Shown in pieces: positions 1 through 12,819 of a stretch of 64,000 bases of DNA. The DNA comes from the human T2T-CHM13v2.0 reference genome, Homo sapiens. The first letter of the stretch is position 1. Each line of letters starts with the position of its first letter. The translations under genes and the position numbers were made by a program. Under the pieces are notes generated by a model. That model was not told where the DNA came from, searched no databases, and worked only from the letters and a program-made list of their open reading frames with translations. Location of the stretch: NCBI RefSeq assembly GCF_009914755.1, contig NC_060926.1; one strand, written 5' to 3'.

Positions 1-2679
1 GCTTTCTTTAAAGCAGATATTCTCAAATTCCACTCACTGGCTATTTCCAGTGGACTGTACATTCTTATTGCTTGTAGAGCAATAGTGCCCATGTTTAGGT
101 TTGACCTTAAAAAATGTTTTTGCAAGAACCTATAACTTGTTCATACTTTTTTATTTTTAAAGTATACCTATTCATTTGTCTTTTTCAAAAGCTGGTGAAT
201 TTTCTTTGTAAAGATATGGGTAAGCTTGAAGTACTTTGTCCAGCATAAATGGGTCATAAACTGGCAGGGCAGAGGACCCCTACACTATGTGCAATTTTTA
301 TGCTTATAGTATGGAAGCATGTTTGGTAACAAAACTAAACTTTAATAATACACTGCTTAGCCCCATATAAAAATACCCCCTGGTAATAAAAATACTGTAA
401 CTGTGTAATAATCAATGCTATATTATCTTCTCAAGTTTATTTTGTATTAAAGAGATCATATATTTTTAAAAATTTTTAAAACGCCTCAACAGCTTCACGA
501 TGTGAGACCTGTTCCTGTAGTGTGTACCATTAAACCTCTAAAGTCCAGAATTGTACCTAACACTGGGTAGGAATCCAGCATACCATTTGTGAGTGAAAGG
601 ATGGTAATTATTATTATCATCTTGACAGCCAGGAACAGAGGTGGGTGGGTACCTGGAATCAGAGTCAAACAATAACTAAGAGTCAAACAATAACTAACAG
701 GAATGATGCCGGATCCGTCCATTGAGACAATAATCATTCTGAGGTTTCTGTTGCAGTCTAGGAAAAATGGAGAAGGCTAGAAGGAGTATTTTAAACTGCT
801 CCAGAACTTTAGATTTAGAAAGAATCTTGGCAGTCAACTCCTCTTCACAGCCAGTTCATTTTTCTTCTCTAGGGTGCCATTGGAGGGCACACTCCCTGAA
901 CACTTATGAGTGAAGAAACCCTCCTTTTCACCAGCCATTGGGTTCCTTTTCAAGTTTATTTTTTTAAAATTTTCTTTATATTGAAATCTGCCTCATTTAA
1001 TTCCTACCTCTGGCCCTACGTTCTGTTTTTGGCACCAGATAGATAAAACCCATACTCTATTTTACACTCATTCAAATCATTGTATTTCCCCCACCGGTGA
1101 ATATATTACCAAAGTTGGTTGAGTTTCATAATGCAAACCCAAAGGGAAAATTATCTTGAATAATCATATGACAATATGTGGAAAGTTTAGGGGCTGTGTA
1201 CGCCACCTCATGGTTTTGAACTGTGTGGTTAAAGACGTTGAGAGTTGACAGATTAGTCAGGGATTTTTCAAGAGTATTAATTACAAACTTTGAAATCTTG
1301 GTCAGTGAAAGTTCATTTTAGTGCATCTTGCAAATACGATCAAAGGTCTTTTCAGTACTGATTTGATGATGCTTAACCACAGTGTGTGAAGAATGAAGTT
1401 TTTCATTAGAAATTACTGGTGTAATAGAGCACATTTTCAGGGAAGATGTATTGTTGGACTATTACAATTCATGCTCTTCCCCCACCATATCCCTACCCTC
1501 TATATTCCCCATCCCCTATTTCCTCCACCTTCCTCCTTGGGACCTCACTGAAAACCTGAAATGCTCTGAAAACCTGAAATGGCGTTTTGGACTGCTGCAA
1601 GGGAAACTGTGATCTTAACAACATCAGTGCGGCTCAGACATGACCACCATGTGAGGGCAAAGGTGGGGCTGGTGTAAGTGATGTTGTTAAACCTGTAAAA
1701 ATAAACCATGAAAACCTGGGGATTTACTGTGATTTGGGGAGTGAAACAAATTTACCACTGGCCGAAAACTTGAAAAATGGAGTACAATGTGTAGATCAGA
1801 AGAAAAGAAAGCCGTCCCTCTGCCCTTGTGTAGTTTTAGAAAAACAATCTTATTAGTTTGGTAGCTTTTTTTCCTGAAAATAAAAAAAAAAATACATTGG
1901 CACCTAAGCCATGGAAAATGAAATAAAAATACACCAGTGCAGCTTCCAAAACACTGACTTGCATCTCCCTCTCCTATCCGCCGGGAATGTCTTATCCCTG
2001 CCTTCCAGTGGCTGCCAGAACCAAGGGCATCCGCGGCGTTCCTTGGCATTGGCGTTAACAGCAGATGGATTTTCCGCAGCGGCCAGGCGGAAGATGCCTA
2101 GCATTGGTCCGCCGTCTCACTGTACTGAATTTCAAGAATCATGGCCTACTGCCAGCCAGGTCAGGACCGAAGGCGCTAGTCTGGGGAGACTGGAGCAGGT
2201 CTCTAGTGGTTCACCTGTTCGGAGGCTCTTCCTGTTCAGTTCCCTCTGCGCGCCAGAGGGTGGCACCCCAGGCACTCCAGAGGTGGAGAGGAGGGGACGA
2301 CAGGGGAGGCAAAGAGAGAGGAGCGGAGGGAAGGACCAGGGAGGAAGGACCAAGGAGGGAGCTTTAATAAATTCTCAGACCTTGGTCTCGAGTTCCCGGC
2401 TAATTTGGGGGCAAAGCCGACCGACCCCACGTCCACGCCCACCCCCTTACGGGAAAAGCCGGGGTTTCCACTGGGCTAGGTGTCAGAGTTGGGAATGTCT
2501 AAAACAAAAAAGGCTTCCGAGGGTTATTCATGGCCAACAGTTTCCACAGGAGAATCCAAAGGGAAACTAGTTTCCGGGGCCGCTGTGTGTGCGGGTGCTT
2601 GGTGGGCTGAAAGCTGCTGTCACTAGATGGCTGTAAGTGTGCCAACATCTGACCTGTCCCATTGTGTTGTGTTTTGCAG

Positions 2680-2880
2680 TTGCTGGATTTGTGCGACTCG
2701 GTGAAGGATGATGCCCGGAGGGTGATCTCGACCTTTAACATTCCACACACCTACCTCCACGCACCAATCGCCGGAATCTCCAACCCGCGGGCCGCGTGGG
2801 CTTTCTACCCTGCACCGCTGCAGCCGCGGCCACGGGAAGAGGCGCGCTCCCGGCGGCCCAAGCTGGGAGCCAAGCTCTAA
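2680..2880 (+). CDS. ACOXL: Last coding exon of acyl-CoA oxidase-like protein (LLDLCDSVKDDARRVISTFNIP...RRPKLGAKL*)
   Basis: Acceptor ttttgcag|TTG at 2679/2680. 66 codons resembling the acyl-CoA oxidase C-terminal domain, ending in the PTS1-type tripeptide AKL. ACOXL is the known upstream neighbour of BCL2L11. Confidence 0.9.
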   Translation: MLDLCDSVKDDARRVISTFNIPHTYLHAPIAGISNPRAAWAFYPAPLQPRPREEARSRRPKLGAKL

Positions 2881-3238
2881 CGGGTGTGGCGGGAAGTGTG
2901 GTGGCCCGCCAGCAGCTGCCACGACGCTCGCTCCACCGACGCCCAGAGCTGTGGCCGAGGCCGGGGGCTGGCACCCGCTGGGCCGCCACTCTCGGGGATT
3001 TTGGTGGCAAAGCGGAGGTCCCGCCGAGGCTGGCGAGGTGCGCGGCTGGCTGCTAGGAAAGAGATCCAGACGGTCGCCTGGTGCGCTGGATCCCTGTGCC
3101 CTTTCCCTGAAACCCAGCCTGGCCTGACTGCAACCTCTCCCAACTTCAGTGCCGGATCCCCTAGACAATCAGGGTGGGCTCCCCGCTGCGAGCGCGCCCC
3201 ACAGCCGGGTGCCGCCAAAGGTCTCCTGCTGTTAGCGG

Positions 3239-3274
3239 TGACTCACATTCCCAGTGATTTAGAAAAACTGTGGT
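3239..3274 (+). promoter_or_regulatory. AP-1 site TGACTCA (3239-3245) with adjacent RUNX core TGTGGT (3269-3274), ~2.7 kb upstream of BIM exon 1
   Basis: Perfect motif matches. c-Jun and RUNX regulation of BIM is established; occupancy of these exact sites is inferred. Confidence 0.5.
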
Positions 3275-3587
3275 GCCGAGTGAAAGAAAAAAAAAAAAGC
3301 AAACACCCTTAGACAAAAGAAAAAAGCTCCACTCTTTCCGCGAGCGGGAAAAAAGGTTTGGTTCAGCAAGTGATGCTATTTCAGTGAATCAGACGCTCTG
3401 GGGCTCTGCAAGGAAACGCACGGACTGGGAGAAGGAAGTGGGAGCCTAGAGTTTTGCTCTCGGCAAAACAAGAACTCGGCTTGTCCTCCCAGGCCGGCGG
3501 TTTCCGTACGGCAAGACAAGGCGCGGAAAACATTTTTACCATCTGACGCTGTAGTCTGTCCTTTAGAAGAGAATAGGTGAAAAGTTT

Positions 3588-3593
3588 AATAAA
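3588..3593 (+). terminator. ACOXL: Polyadenylation signal AATAAA, likely ACOXL 3' end
   Basis: First canonical AATAAA I find after the ACOXL stop, ~700 nt downstream. Confidence 0.65.
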
Positions 3594-5754
3594 GAAATTA
3601 AGCGATGTGGAAGTCGTTCCCGCTGCTTGCAGAGGGTGGGGAGGCGGGCCTGGGCAATTTCGGAACTAGGAGAGACCACGTCGGCAAAGCCTGTGGTCCC
3701 GAACAAGGGCCATGGATTTCCCATTTCTCAGATCCCGGCTGCCCGACTTCATTCTTGTTTCTTTCAGCACAAGCCATCCTCCCTTCTCCCTCCCTCCACG
3801 TCTCTTGGCAGAGACAGAAAGGGACACCGCTCTGCCCGCGTCCAGCGCGAAGGAGGTGACCTAAAACCCATGGGCCCTTCTCACACTGCGTTCTCTGCGC
3901 TCCGGCCCAGTTCCGGGAGGACCTCCCGACGGCGCGGGAGAAGGCTGTAAGGGCTCTTGGCCCCCGACGCGGCCTGGGTCTCGGGGGACGCATGAACCCG
4001 CCACCTCTGGCCGGCTTCCTTTTAGTGCCCCAAATAGCAGCGCTTAGCCCGTTGCTTCCCCCGACTCTTGTTTTTCAAAGTGTTCACAGGGTCGCGAGAG
4101 CGAGCGACGCGGGGGCGGCGAGGCTGCAAGGCTGCACAGGAACAGACGACAAGAAATAGGGCTTTCTTCTGCGTGGTTCTTTTCCGGTCCCTGTCTGAGT
4201 CGCCCGACCCCGCGGGGAGCGCGGAGCATTGCGGCGTGCGGCGGGCTTCGGGCTCTCAGCCCGCGCAGCAAGTTGTGTTGCTTTTCCCCGGGTGCGACGC
4301 GGGACGGCCGCGAAGAGCAAAGTTCGTCCGCGGTAGGAACTTCGAGGCCCGGTTAGGACCGATCTCCGGCCTCCGAGTCTACTTAGCCGTGTCCACGCTC
4401 GTGCCTTTTCCCTCTTGCAGCGAAATAACTGGGCGGGGCCCGACGCGCGTCCTCCAGCGACTCCGGGAACCCAAGGCCTCCTTCACCTCGCTCAAAATTC
4501 ACCCGAAAATGCGCTGAGACTTTGGCATGGGGCTGCGCTGTGTCCCACTGACGTTACAGAAGCGCTTATGAATTTAAAAACTGCTCCAGGCGGCCGGACG
4601 GCGGGACAACGCCTCCTCACTTGCTCCTCTACGGCAAGGCCCCTTCCTTCTCCCTGCCGGCTGCGGTGGTGTGTAGGGTGGTCCCTTTACAGAGTTTCCT
4701 TAATCCATCTAGCCTGACCTCACCTGCGGGATGTTCCATTTCCCGATCCACCTCCCACACCCCCGCTGCAGTTGTCTAGAAGCTGGGGCTGGGGAACTGA
4801 GGCGCGGGAGGAGCAGACAGGAGGGCCGGGGTTGGGGCGCCAGCCACGCGTTGGGAGAGCAGACCCGGGTGCAGACTCAGAGGACTGGAGAGGCGGCATG
4901 GAGTTTGGTCTCCTGGGAGGTAGAGTGAGGTGCTGCGGACTCCAGGGAGGAAAGGGATGGGTGGGGAGGCGGGAGGGGAGGAGGGACGGGGTATTTTGCG
5001 CTCCCGCACCGCGGCCCGAACTCAGCTGTTCTGCCTTCACTGGCCTCAGCCAGTCGAGGGAGCTCCTACGAGGTTATCTGCGAGCCCAGCAAATCTTGGG
5101 GGTCCTAGCCAAATGCAGTGCGCAACGTTCTCTCTCACTTGGAGGCCGCCATTCACCTCGTTTTTTTTTTTCCTAAAAGGATTTTTTTTTCTGAGTGCTT
5201 TTTTCATTTCCCTATTTTACCTGCTTTGCACATGCCTCCCGCCCTCACCCGGGAGGCGGCGAAGACGCCCACTGGGACCGCGCCTGGCCGTTTTCTGGGC
5301 GCGTCCTGCCCCCACGGCCTCTGTCTCTTAGGGCGACTGGGCGCGGAAGAAAAGCTGGAGAGCCCCTGCGGGGTGGCAGGAGGAGGGTGCCTGAGTCCCG
5401 CGAGAGGCCCGGGCGAGGAAGATGCGCAGCCTGCTGATCCGCGTCCCGCCCGGCGCCAGGGACCCTCAGAGGGAGGAGAGCTCAAAGACCTCGCCCCGCG
5501 CCTTCGCGAGGACCAACCCAGTCCCCGCGCCTGCCCCAGAGCGGCTTAGAAACTCAGGGCACAGTGAGAGCGCAGGGCGCCTCCCGAGGCTTCACACCGC
5601 CGGCCGGGCCAGCGGAGGCTGTGACCGGAGCGCCCCCTCTGTGCCGCGCACGCCGCGGCCGCCGCCGGGTTGGGGTAGGTGAGCGGGAGGCTAGGGTACA
5701 CTTCGGGGTGGGGGATGGGCGCGCACATGGCCGCCAGCAGGCAGAGTTACTCCG

Positions 5755-5761
5755 GTAAACA
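5755..5761 (+). promoter_or_regulatory. FOXO (forkhead) response element GTAAACA
   Basis: Exact FOXO core ~220 bp upstream of exon 1. FOXO3 is an established BIM activator. Confidence 0.7.
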
Positions 5762-5859
5762 CGCCAGGGACGGCGGCGCGCGCGGGAGGCAACCCAGCGG
5801 GGCAACCCCCGCCTTTACCTGTCCGAGCCTGCACGCGCCGGCGGCCGCGGCGCCGAGGG

Positions 5860-5924
5860 GGGCGGAGCTTGCCAGCCCGCGCGCCGGGGCGGGACCTAGC
5901 GGGGGCGGGGTCCGCAGTGATTGG
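5860..5924 (+). promoter_or_regulatory. TATA-less core promoter: three GC boxes (5860, 5886, 5902) and an inverted CCAAT box ATTGG (5920-5924)
   Basis: GGGCGG motifs and ATTGG just upstream of the exon 1 start. NF-Y/Sp regulation of bim is reported. Confidence 0.7.
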
Positions 5925-5977
5925 GCGTAGGAGCGGGGCCGCCAGCCAGAGCTGGGCTGCAGGGCCGCGCAGGTTTC

Positions 5978-6055
5978 ACTTCGCTCCGCGCAGCCGCCTG
6001 GTCTGCAGTTTGTTGGAGCTCTGCGTCCAGCGCCGCTGCCGCTGCCGCTGCCGCT

Positions 6056-6090
<35 letters not shown>

Positions 6091-6255
6091 TACCACCACT
6101 TGATTCTTGCAGCCACCCTGCGAACCCTGCCACACTGCGATCGCATCATCGCGGTATTCGGTTCGCTGCGTTCCCGCCGCCACCGCCTCGGCGCCCTTTC
6201 TTGGCCCTTGTTCCCCCAAATGTCTGACTCTGACTCTCGGACTGAGAAACGCAAG
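5978..6255 (+). other. BCL2L11: BCL2L11 exon 1 (5'UTR); start approximate
   Basis: Donor CAAG|GTAAAT at 6255/6256. Joining to 8800 gives ...cgcaag|aaaaaaagaccaaATG, matching my recollection of the BIM mRNA leader. Confidence 0.85.
6032..6088 (+). repeat. 5'UTR trinucleotide repeat (GCC GCT)4 (GCC)11
   Basis: Counted directly: 19 triplets, with GCT interruptions only at the 5' end. Confidence 0.95.
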
Positions 6256-6348
6256 GTAAATACCTCCAAATCCCGGGGCGCGGGCCTGGCACCGAAGGAA
6301 GACTAGCGCTGGAGCCCGAACGGCACCACCTACTGCCCGCTTCCCGTG

Positions 6349-6354
6349 CACGTG
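6349..6354. promoter_or_regulatory. Canonical E-box CACGTG at the start of intron 1
   Basis: Exact motif inside the CpG island. MYC induction of BIM is known; use of this site is inferred. Confidence 0.4.
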
Positions 6355-7586
6355 CGAGCGGAGACGCTTGCATCGGCGCCGCTTGTCGCCGGCGGGAGGT
6401 GGGGATCCGTGTGGATCGGGTTCCCTCTCGGGCAGGTTCTCTTTAAAGAAAAGTCGTTCACGCGGAACCTGCAGGCTCTTGGCCGAAGTGCGGCTTGGGA
6501 CGGGATGCTGCGCGCGGGCCTGGTGAAGGGTCGTAGGTCCGGGCAGGAGGAGAGGCAGCGCGTGCCTTTCGGCGCCGGCCCGGGAGCTGAGGACCTGCTC
6601 GTAGTATCGGGCTGTGCGCCCAGCTGGAAAGTCTCGCCGCCGGCTCCGGCGCCCTCAGAGTAGCGGCCGCGCAGTGTGAGGGTGTTTCGTGTCTTGGTTT
6701 TTTGGGGCGCGTGGGCCTGTTGCGGAGGATTTGCGGAACTGCGGTGGTGATTTAACTGACGAGACACGGCTTTTCCTTTTACTCATTCAGGCCAAGGTTT
6801 CGGGGCCACTGCTGCGTTCGCTTTCTCAAGCGTACCTGGGGCCCCTGCTTGCTCTGCAGGAGTCCTGCGGCCTGTGCCATCCGCACGATTCCCTGGCAGC
6901 GAGAAATCTAGGTCCTCCCCTGACCACCTGGACCGCGCAGGGGACTAGTCGCGGCCGGCAGAACCTGCTCGGTCCCTGGGCCGGGCTATCTTAGCGGCTC
7001 ACGCATGCCCGAGCACACCCGACCCGGTTCGCGGTGCAGGCTGGCGGCGCCGTGCCCTCTGGGACCTGTTGCCCCAGGGTTGGCGCTGCTGGTGGAGGGC
7101 CCGACGGACGCCAGGGCGGAGGGTGTGAATTTACTCGATGGTCGCGGACGTGCGCGTCCGCGGCCAGGGGTGGCTCTTCGGCTTTGACTCGTGTCTGCGG
7201 CGCACCAGGAGAGAGAGGAAGTTGTTGGAGGAGAATAGTTGCCACAGCCAGGGCGGTGACGGCCGTTAGGGTCTGCCCCCGACGGGCCAAAACAAGGACA
7301 AGTGGCGAGGACTGGGCCTGGGGATGGCCCTGCGGGTCCGGGCGCGGCGCAAGTCCTGCTTTGTCTCCAGGTGACTGGCTGTCCAGGACGGCGGGAGCTG
7401 CTAAGGCTTGTGTCCGGAAGGAGCACAGGGATGGGCAGGGTGGCCGGGCCAGCCGGCCCTCAAATCCTCCGACGAAGCGGCAGCCGCCACGACCACGGCC
7501 AGAGCAGCGCTCGGAGGCGAGTTTGTCAACAATCGCCTCGCCTTTGGCGGCCTGACCCGTAGGCGCCGCCCCCACCGCGGCTGCCG

Positions 7587-7990
7587 ATTGGCTGCGGCGC
7601 GGAGCGACCGCGCGCGGACCAATTGGGAACGCGGGCACCCGGCGCCAGCGGCGCGGGGAGGTCGGCGGTGCCGGCGGCGGCGGGCGCAGAGCGCGAGGGG
7701 AGGAGCGGGAGGAGGCGGAGGATGTTCCCGGCGGCTGCGGCCGGGGCAGCGCGGGCCAGAGGCGCGGCGTGCGGAGCCCTCGGCTGCCCGGCGGAGCGCG
7801 GCGGCGGGCTGGCGGGAAGGCGCGGGCTTTGCGCTGCGCCGGGGACTCTGAACCCGAGTCCCGGGCTTTGTCTCCTGCGCTGCTTTCGTGGTGACGGTCA
7901 GGGGGCGCCCGGTCGGCGAAGGGCGCGGGCCGGACGCCGCGGGGCTTGGTCCCTGGCCCGGACGCTGCGCTCTGAAGGGAAGGCGCGGAC
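7587..7990 (+). promoter_or_regulatory. BCL2L11: Candidate second promoter and alternative first exon in intron 1
   Basis: ATTGG 7587-7591, CCAATTGG 7619-7626, extreme CpG density, and donor GAC|GTGAGT at 7990/7991. Confidence 0.6.
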
Positions 7991-8770
7991 GTGAGTTTCG
8001 GTGTGATTGCCTTCTGAGGGGAGGGTCTGTGGGATGAAGGCGGCGCGGCGCGCACCGGTGTCGCCTAGCCTGCGGACCTAGTTGTAGACCTTGCAGGCGT
8101 TCGCTTCGTCGCCCTCCGCCGCCCCCTCCCCATTTAGAGATGTGCACCTCACGGTGTGCACCTCAGAGAAGTTCTGTCTGATTCGGTGCGGCGTGCGGTA
8201 CGGGAGCGGGAGGGAGGGAGCACGGGCGGAGAGAGCGCCAGAGCCGGGCCGAGCCGCGCTGGAGTTACAAACTCTATTGTGACGCACTTACTACGACTGA
8301 CGGCCGCTGCCAGACCTTCCCCAGACTTGCTGCCCTCAGCATTTTCGGCAAACAATGGGGCCGGAGCAGGGAACGCGGCCAGCCGCCTGCAATCGCTGCA
8401 TCTGCGCCCGCTCCTGTGCTCCGGCGTCCTACCTAACCCCGGGAAGTCAGAGCCGCTGGGAGTTTCTGACTTACTCGAAGAAGTCTGTCCTGGGCAAAGA
8501 GCACACACGAATAGACTTCAGATTAGCTGCTTCTCTGGAAACGCATGTGTGTGTGCACCAGTTCCGCAAGCTGTTGACATTGTTACTGTATTTTGTTTGG
8601 GGGTACCCTCTACCAAAAAAAAATTACACCTTTATTATTTTAGGTGCAATTTTTTTATTTGGGAGATTGTCAGAAAAGTATAGAACAAAGTATTTGGGAT
8701 TAACCCTAAGAATTTTTAATCGCTAGGTGAGAGCTAATTTGTTTATTCATCGATTTTTTTTTTTGCTTAA

Positions 8771-9301
<531 letters not shown>

Positions 9302-9304
9302 TAA

Positions 9305-9656
<352 letters not shown>

Positions 9657-12600
9657 CACATCAACATTTTTACAAAGTTACTAACTTTTGTGGCAGTGAT
9701 GAGTTGAGGTCCAAACATTAGCTTTCAGGTCTGTCTTCATTAAGCTAAAGTGTGTTTTAACCACCAGGCTTTACATAGTAATGACATTTTGCTTGAAAGG
9801 GAACTGATCATTTACAGAAAATAGCTTAATAATCAAAAGTGTAAAGAAAGATGACAATCATTTTTGAAAATAACACTTTTAAAAAAATGAACTAGTTCAT
9901 GAAAGCAGTACCAACATAGAACCATGAAAATGGTTTGTTTTCTGCCTAAATTCCTCTTTGTGCTTATTGCTCAGAGGGTTTGGACATAGTACTAATCAGA
10001 TTAGGTTGTAGGTTTTTATTTCAGGGATTAAAGGCAGTAGTAGGGTTTGAACCAAGAGTGGCTAACATAAATACCACAGAGGCCCACAGCAAAATCATGG
10101 AAGGAACTGACCTGGTGGAGACTGGTAAATTGGAGAGTATTTGCCCCTTCTATGTTTGGGCCACACCTAATTGTGGCTGTGAGGGCATGTGGTCTCAGGG
10201 TGGGTTTTCCTATATTGCAAGATAACCTAGGAATGCAAAATTGATGCCAGATACCCTGTTTCAACATTGACAGCTGATTCAGATTTTGAAAACATTGTAC
10301 AAGCTGAAAAGAAACATCTGCAGACTTGATTTGGCCCTTGAACCTACAGCATGTGACTTTGGGTACATACTTTGGGTAACCTTGGTGAGGGGCTGAGTCT
10401 GTGTTGATCGACTTGCTGTTCCCCACCAATGGAAAAGGTTCATGTCTTGATCAGTAGTCAATCACATTGACCATTTGTCCAGATTAGCTTGCCATACATG
10501 AACAAGATAGAAGTAAGTTGGTAGAGTTATCAATTAGGAAACCCAGTACAGAGTCTATTATAATTTAGATTGTACCTCATGATGAAGGCTAACTCAACAA
10601 ACCCATCAGAACAGACACTGGAACAAAATGACATTTCTAAATACCATCCAGCTCTGTCTTCATAGGCTTCAGTGAGGTAAATCAGGCAGGCCTTTGCCCA
10701 TGTTATAGAATTGGAAAGAACCTCAGAGTGGTGGTCACTTGTCAGAGGTTGGGCACACCTGTGAGGTGGTGGGGAGAAATGACAGACATCCCAGCAGCTA
10801 CACATGCTGGCTGCACGTCTCTTGCCAAATGCCAGGAGGTAATTTTTTAGGGTCCCTCCTTAGGGAAAGGGGCTGGAAGTTTTATTATTGCTGTTACTAC
10901 TGCTCGTGAACTCATTTCAGCCTTAGAAGTTCTTGGCTTGTAGTTTTTGTTGTACTCATGAAAATGCTCCCCCATATATATGATCATTCTCGCTTACTAT
11001 AACATCCTTGCTTACTAAATGAGTTAACAGGGCTTTATGGTGTGTATCGTGAAACACACGTGCATTAAAGACCCTCTGGAAGGTATTAGCTTTTCACACT
11101 TTCACAACAAAAGCTTCACACTTGTGGTTATTAAGCTATTTTCTCTAACCAGTTCCCTTTCAAGCAAAATGCATACATTGGTCTCTGTAGGTGATGGGTT
11201 AATGCATGGAAATAGTTTCTCCTTCCCTGGAACTGGGAATAGTGGGTGAGATAGTGTATTTTTTAATGTAAAGACAGGCACAAATGCTTTTTTTGTTGAT
11301 AAATACTATTTTACAAGCTAATTATAAGTTAAGCACTGTTACTTGAGATGAAATATACAGGGCTTCAAAGATCATAATCTAAATAATTATGCACAGCTAA
11401 TGGTTATACCTGTGAAGTAAAGTAGTGGATCCTGAGGTGTAATTTTATAGTATTAGCTGCATTTCAGTAGATGGTGTGATGAAGAGTTTAATGCATAGGA
11501 TTAAATGAGAAGTTACGAGGAGTTTGTTTAAAGTTAATGTACCGAGGTAAGTTTTCAGTGTTAAGTTTTTGGGAGATTTGTTTTGGGAGAGGATGAGTTG
11601 GGGTTGGGGGAGGAAAGGACTTAGCCAGATGTGAGTTTCTTAAATTGAAGCATAAAATTTACAATTTATGTAGTCCATAATTTTCTCTGGACATTCTACA
11701 GTCTTAGTTCATGCCTGAAGACCACTGAAATAATGCTGAGTTGATAAGTGGTTCTCTTGACTTTGTTTAGTATTCTTTACTCAACCCTATCCATGAAGTT
11801 CTTCAATGAAGCTTTTGATAATTTATTGCAAAATACATTTTCCACAAAGAAGTCATTATGATTGGTTTGAACTAGTGGAACACAAATGTGAGGTTATAAA
11901 GAGGTTCGCCTTAGCCAGGGGCTCCTTTAGCTGCAAAGCAGTTTTTGCTCAGCAACTTGGGGTAGAGATCAGTGTGTCTTGAAGTTTTGTTTTGCAAAAC
12001 TTTGTTCTAATGAGAAAGTCAAGTCTTAGGAGGAATGTATAGTAGTTGAGTGTTTGTATTAACACTGTTTTCATATTTTCCTTTTATGTCTCTGATTTTT
12101 CTGAAGACAAGTTCAAGGAATATATTTCTCTGTGGGGCAACAGATACAGTTTTTTCACTTTTCCTCAATTTTAGTCTCCTTACACTCTGGGAGGATTAAC
12201 TTGACAAATGATACCTTAGTGAATAACTGATTATTTTTATCAAAATCACTCACATGTGTTGGTTTACTGAGTGCCTTTTTGGATGAGTGTTTTATGCCAT
12301 ATGTGTTTTTAATGGAAATTAAAGTGTAGTCAGTACACTAAAGTGTAGTCAGTACAATTGGAAATAAGAGTTGAGAAAAGTCAGGATATGGAGGAATGCT
12401 CCCTAGTGTCATGTTAGTAAATGTCTTAAATTTTATACTTGTTCCCTGGCACATTGGAATTCACAGATGGGAGTTAATGGCTTTCTTTTTTTTTTTTTTT
12501 TTTTCCTCAGCGTCTTGTGGGTACTTCTCTTATAGCTGGTACTTGTCTGACCCCTCCTTTAGTTTGTGAGCTCCCTGGGCGGGGAATAATGGCCTGCAGA

Positions 12601-12819
12601 TGCTAGCGAGTGCCTGACAAAGAGGAGAAGCCCAGGAGATGTTGAGAGTCAGTCCAGCTCTGCCTGTTAGCCTTTCAGACAAATAAAGTTGAAGAAGGCA
12701 GGTAGCAAGAAAAAGATCCTGACCTCTGCTCTGCCAAAGTGTTTTTAATTACCTGGATCTAGCTGTAAGGTTTGCCACGTAGTGGTGACAGCTGAGGTCT
12801 AGCTCAGCACTACTCAGCA

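Larger units (their letters stand above)
2690..8460. promoter_or_regulatory. Large CpG island over the ACOXL last exon, BIM promoter, exon 1 and most of intron 1
   Basis: Very high GC and CpG density between ~2.7 and ~8.45 kb, with AT-rich flanks. Edges estimated by eye. Confidence 0.9.

Noticed and set aside
3287-3298. A run as the ACOXL poly(A) end
   Set aside because: Genomic A tract without an upstream AATAAA; a likely internal-priming site.
1687-8726. Many long overlapping ORFs on both strands, e.g. 6991-8055(-) 354 aa, 7401-8147(-) and 1911-2570(+)
   Set aside because: Stop-poor GC-rich island sequence giving low-complexity R/P/A/G peptides, many with non-ATG starts and no recognisable domain. 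Only those tied to splice signals were kept.
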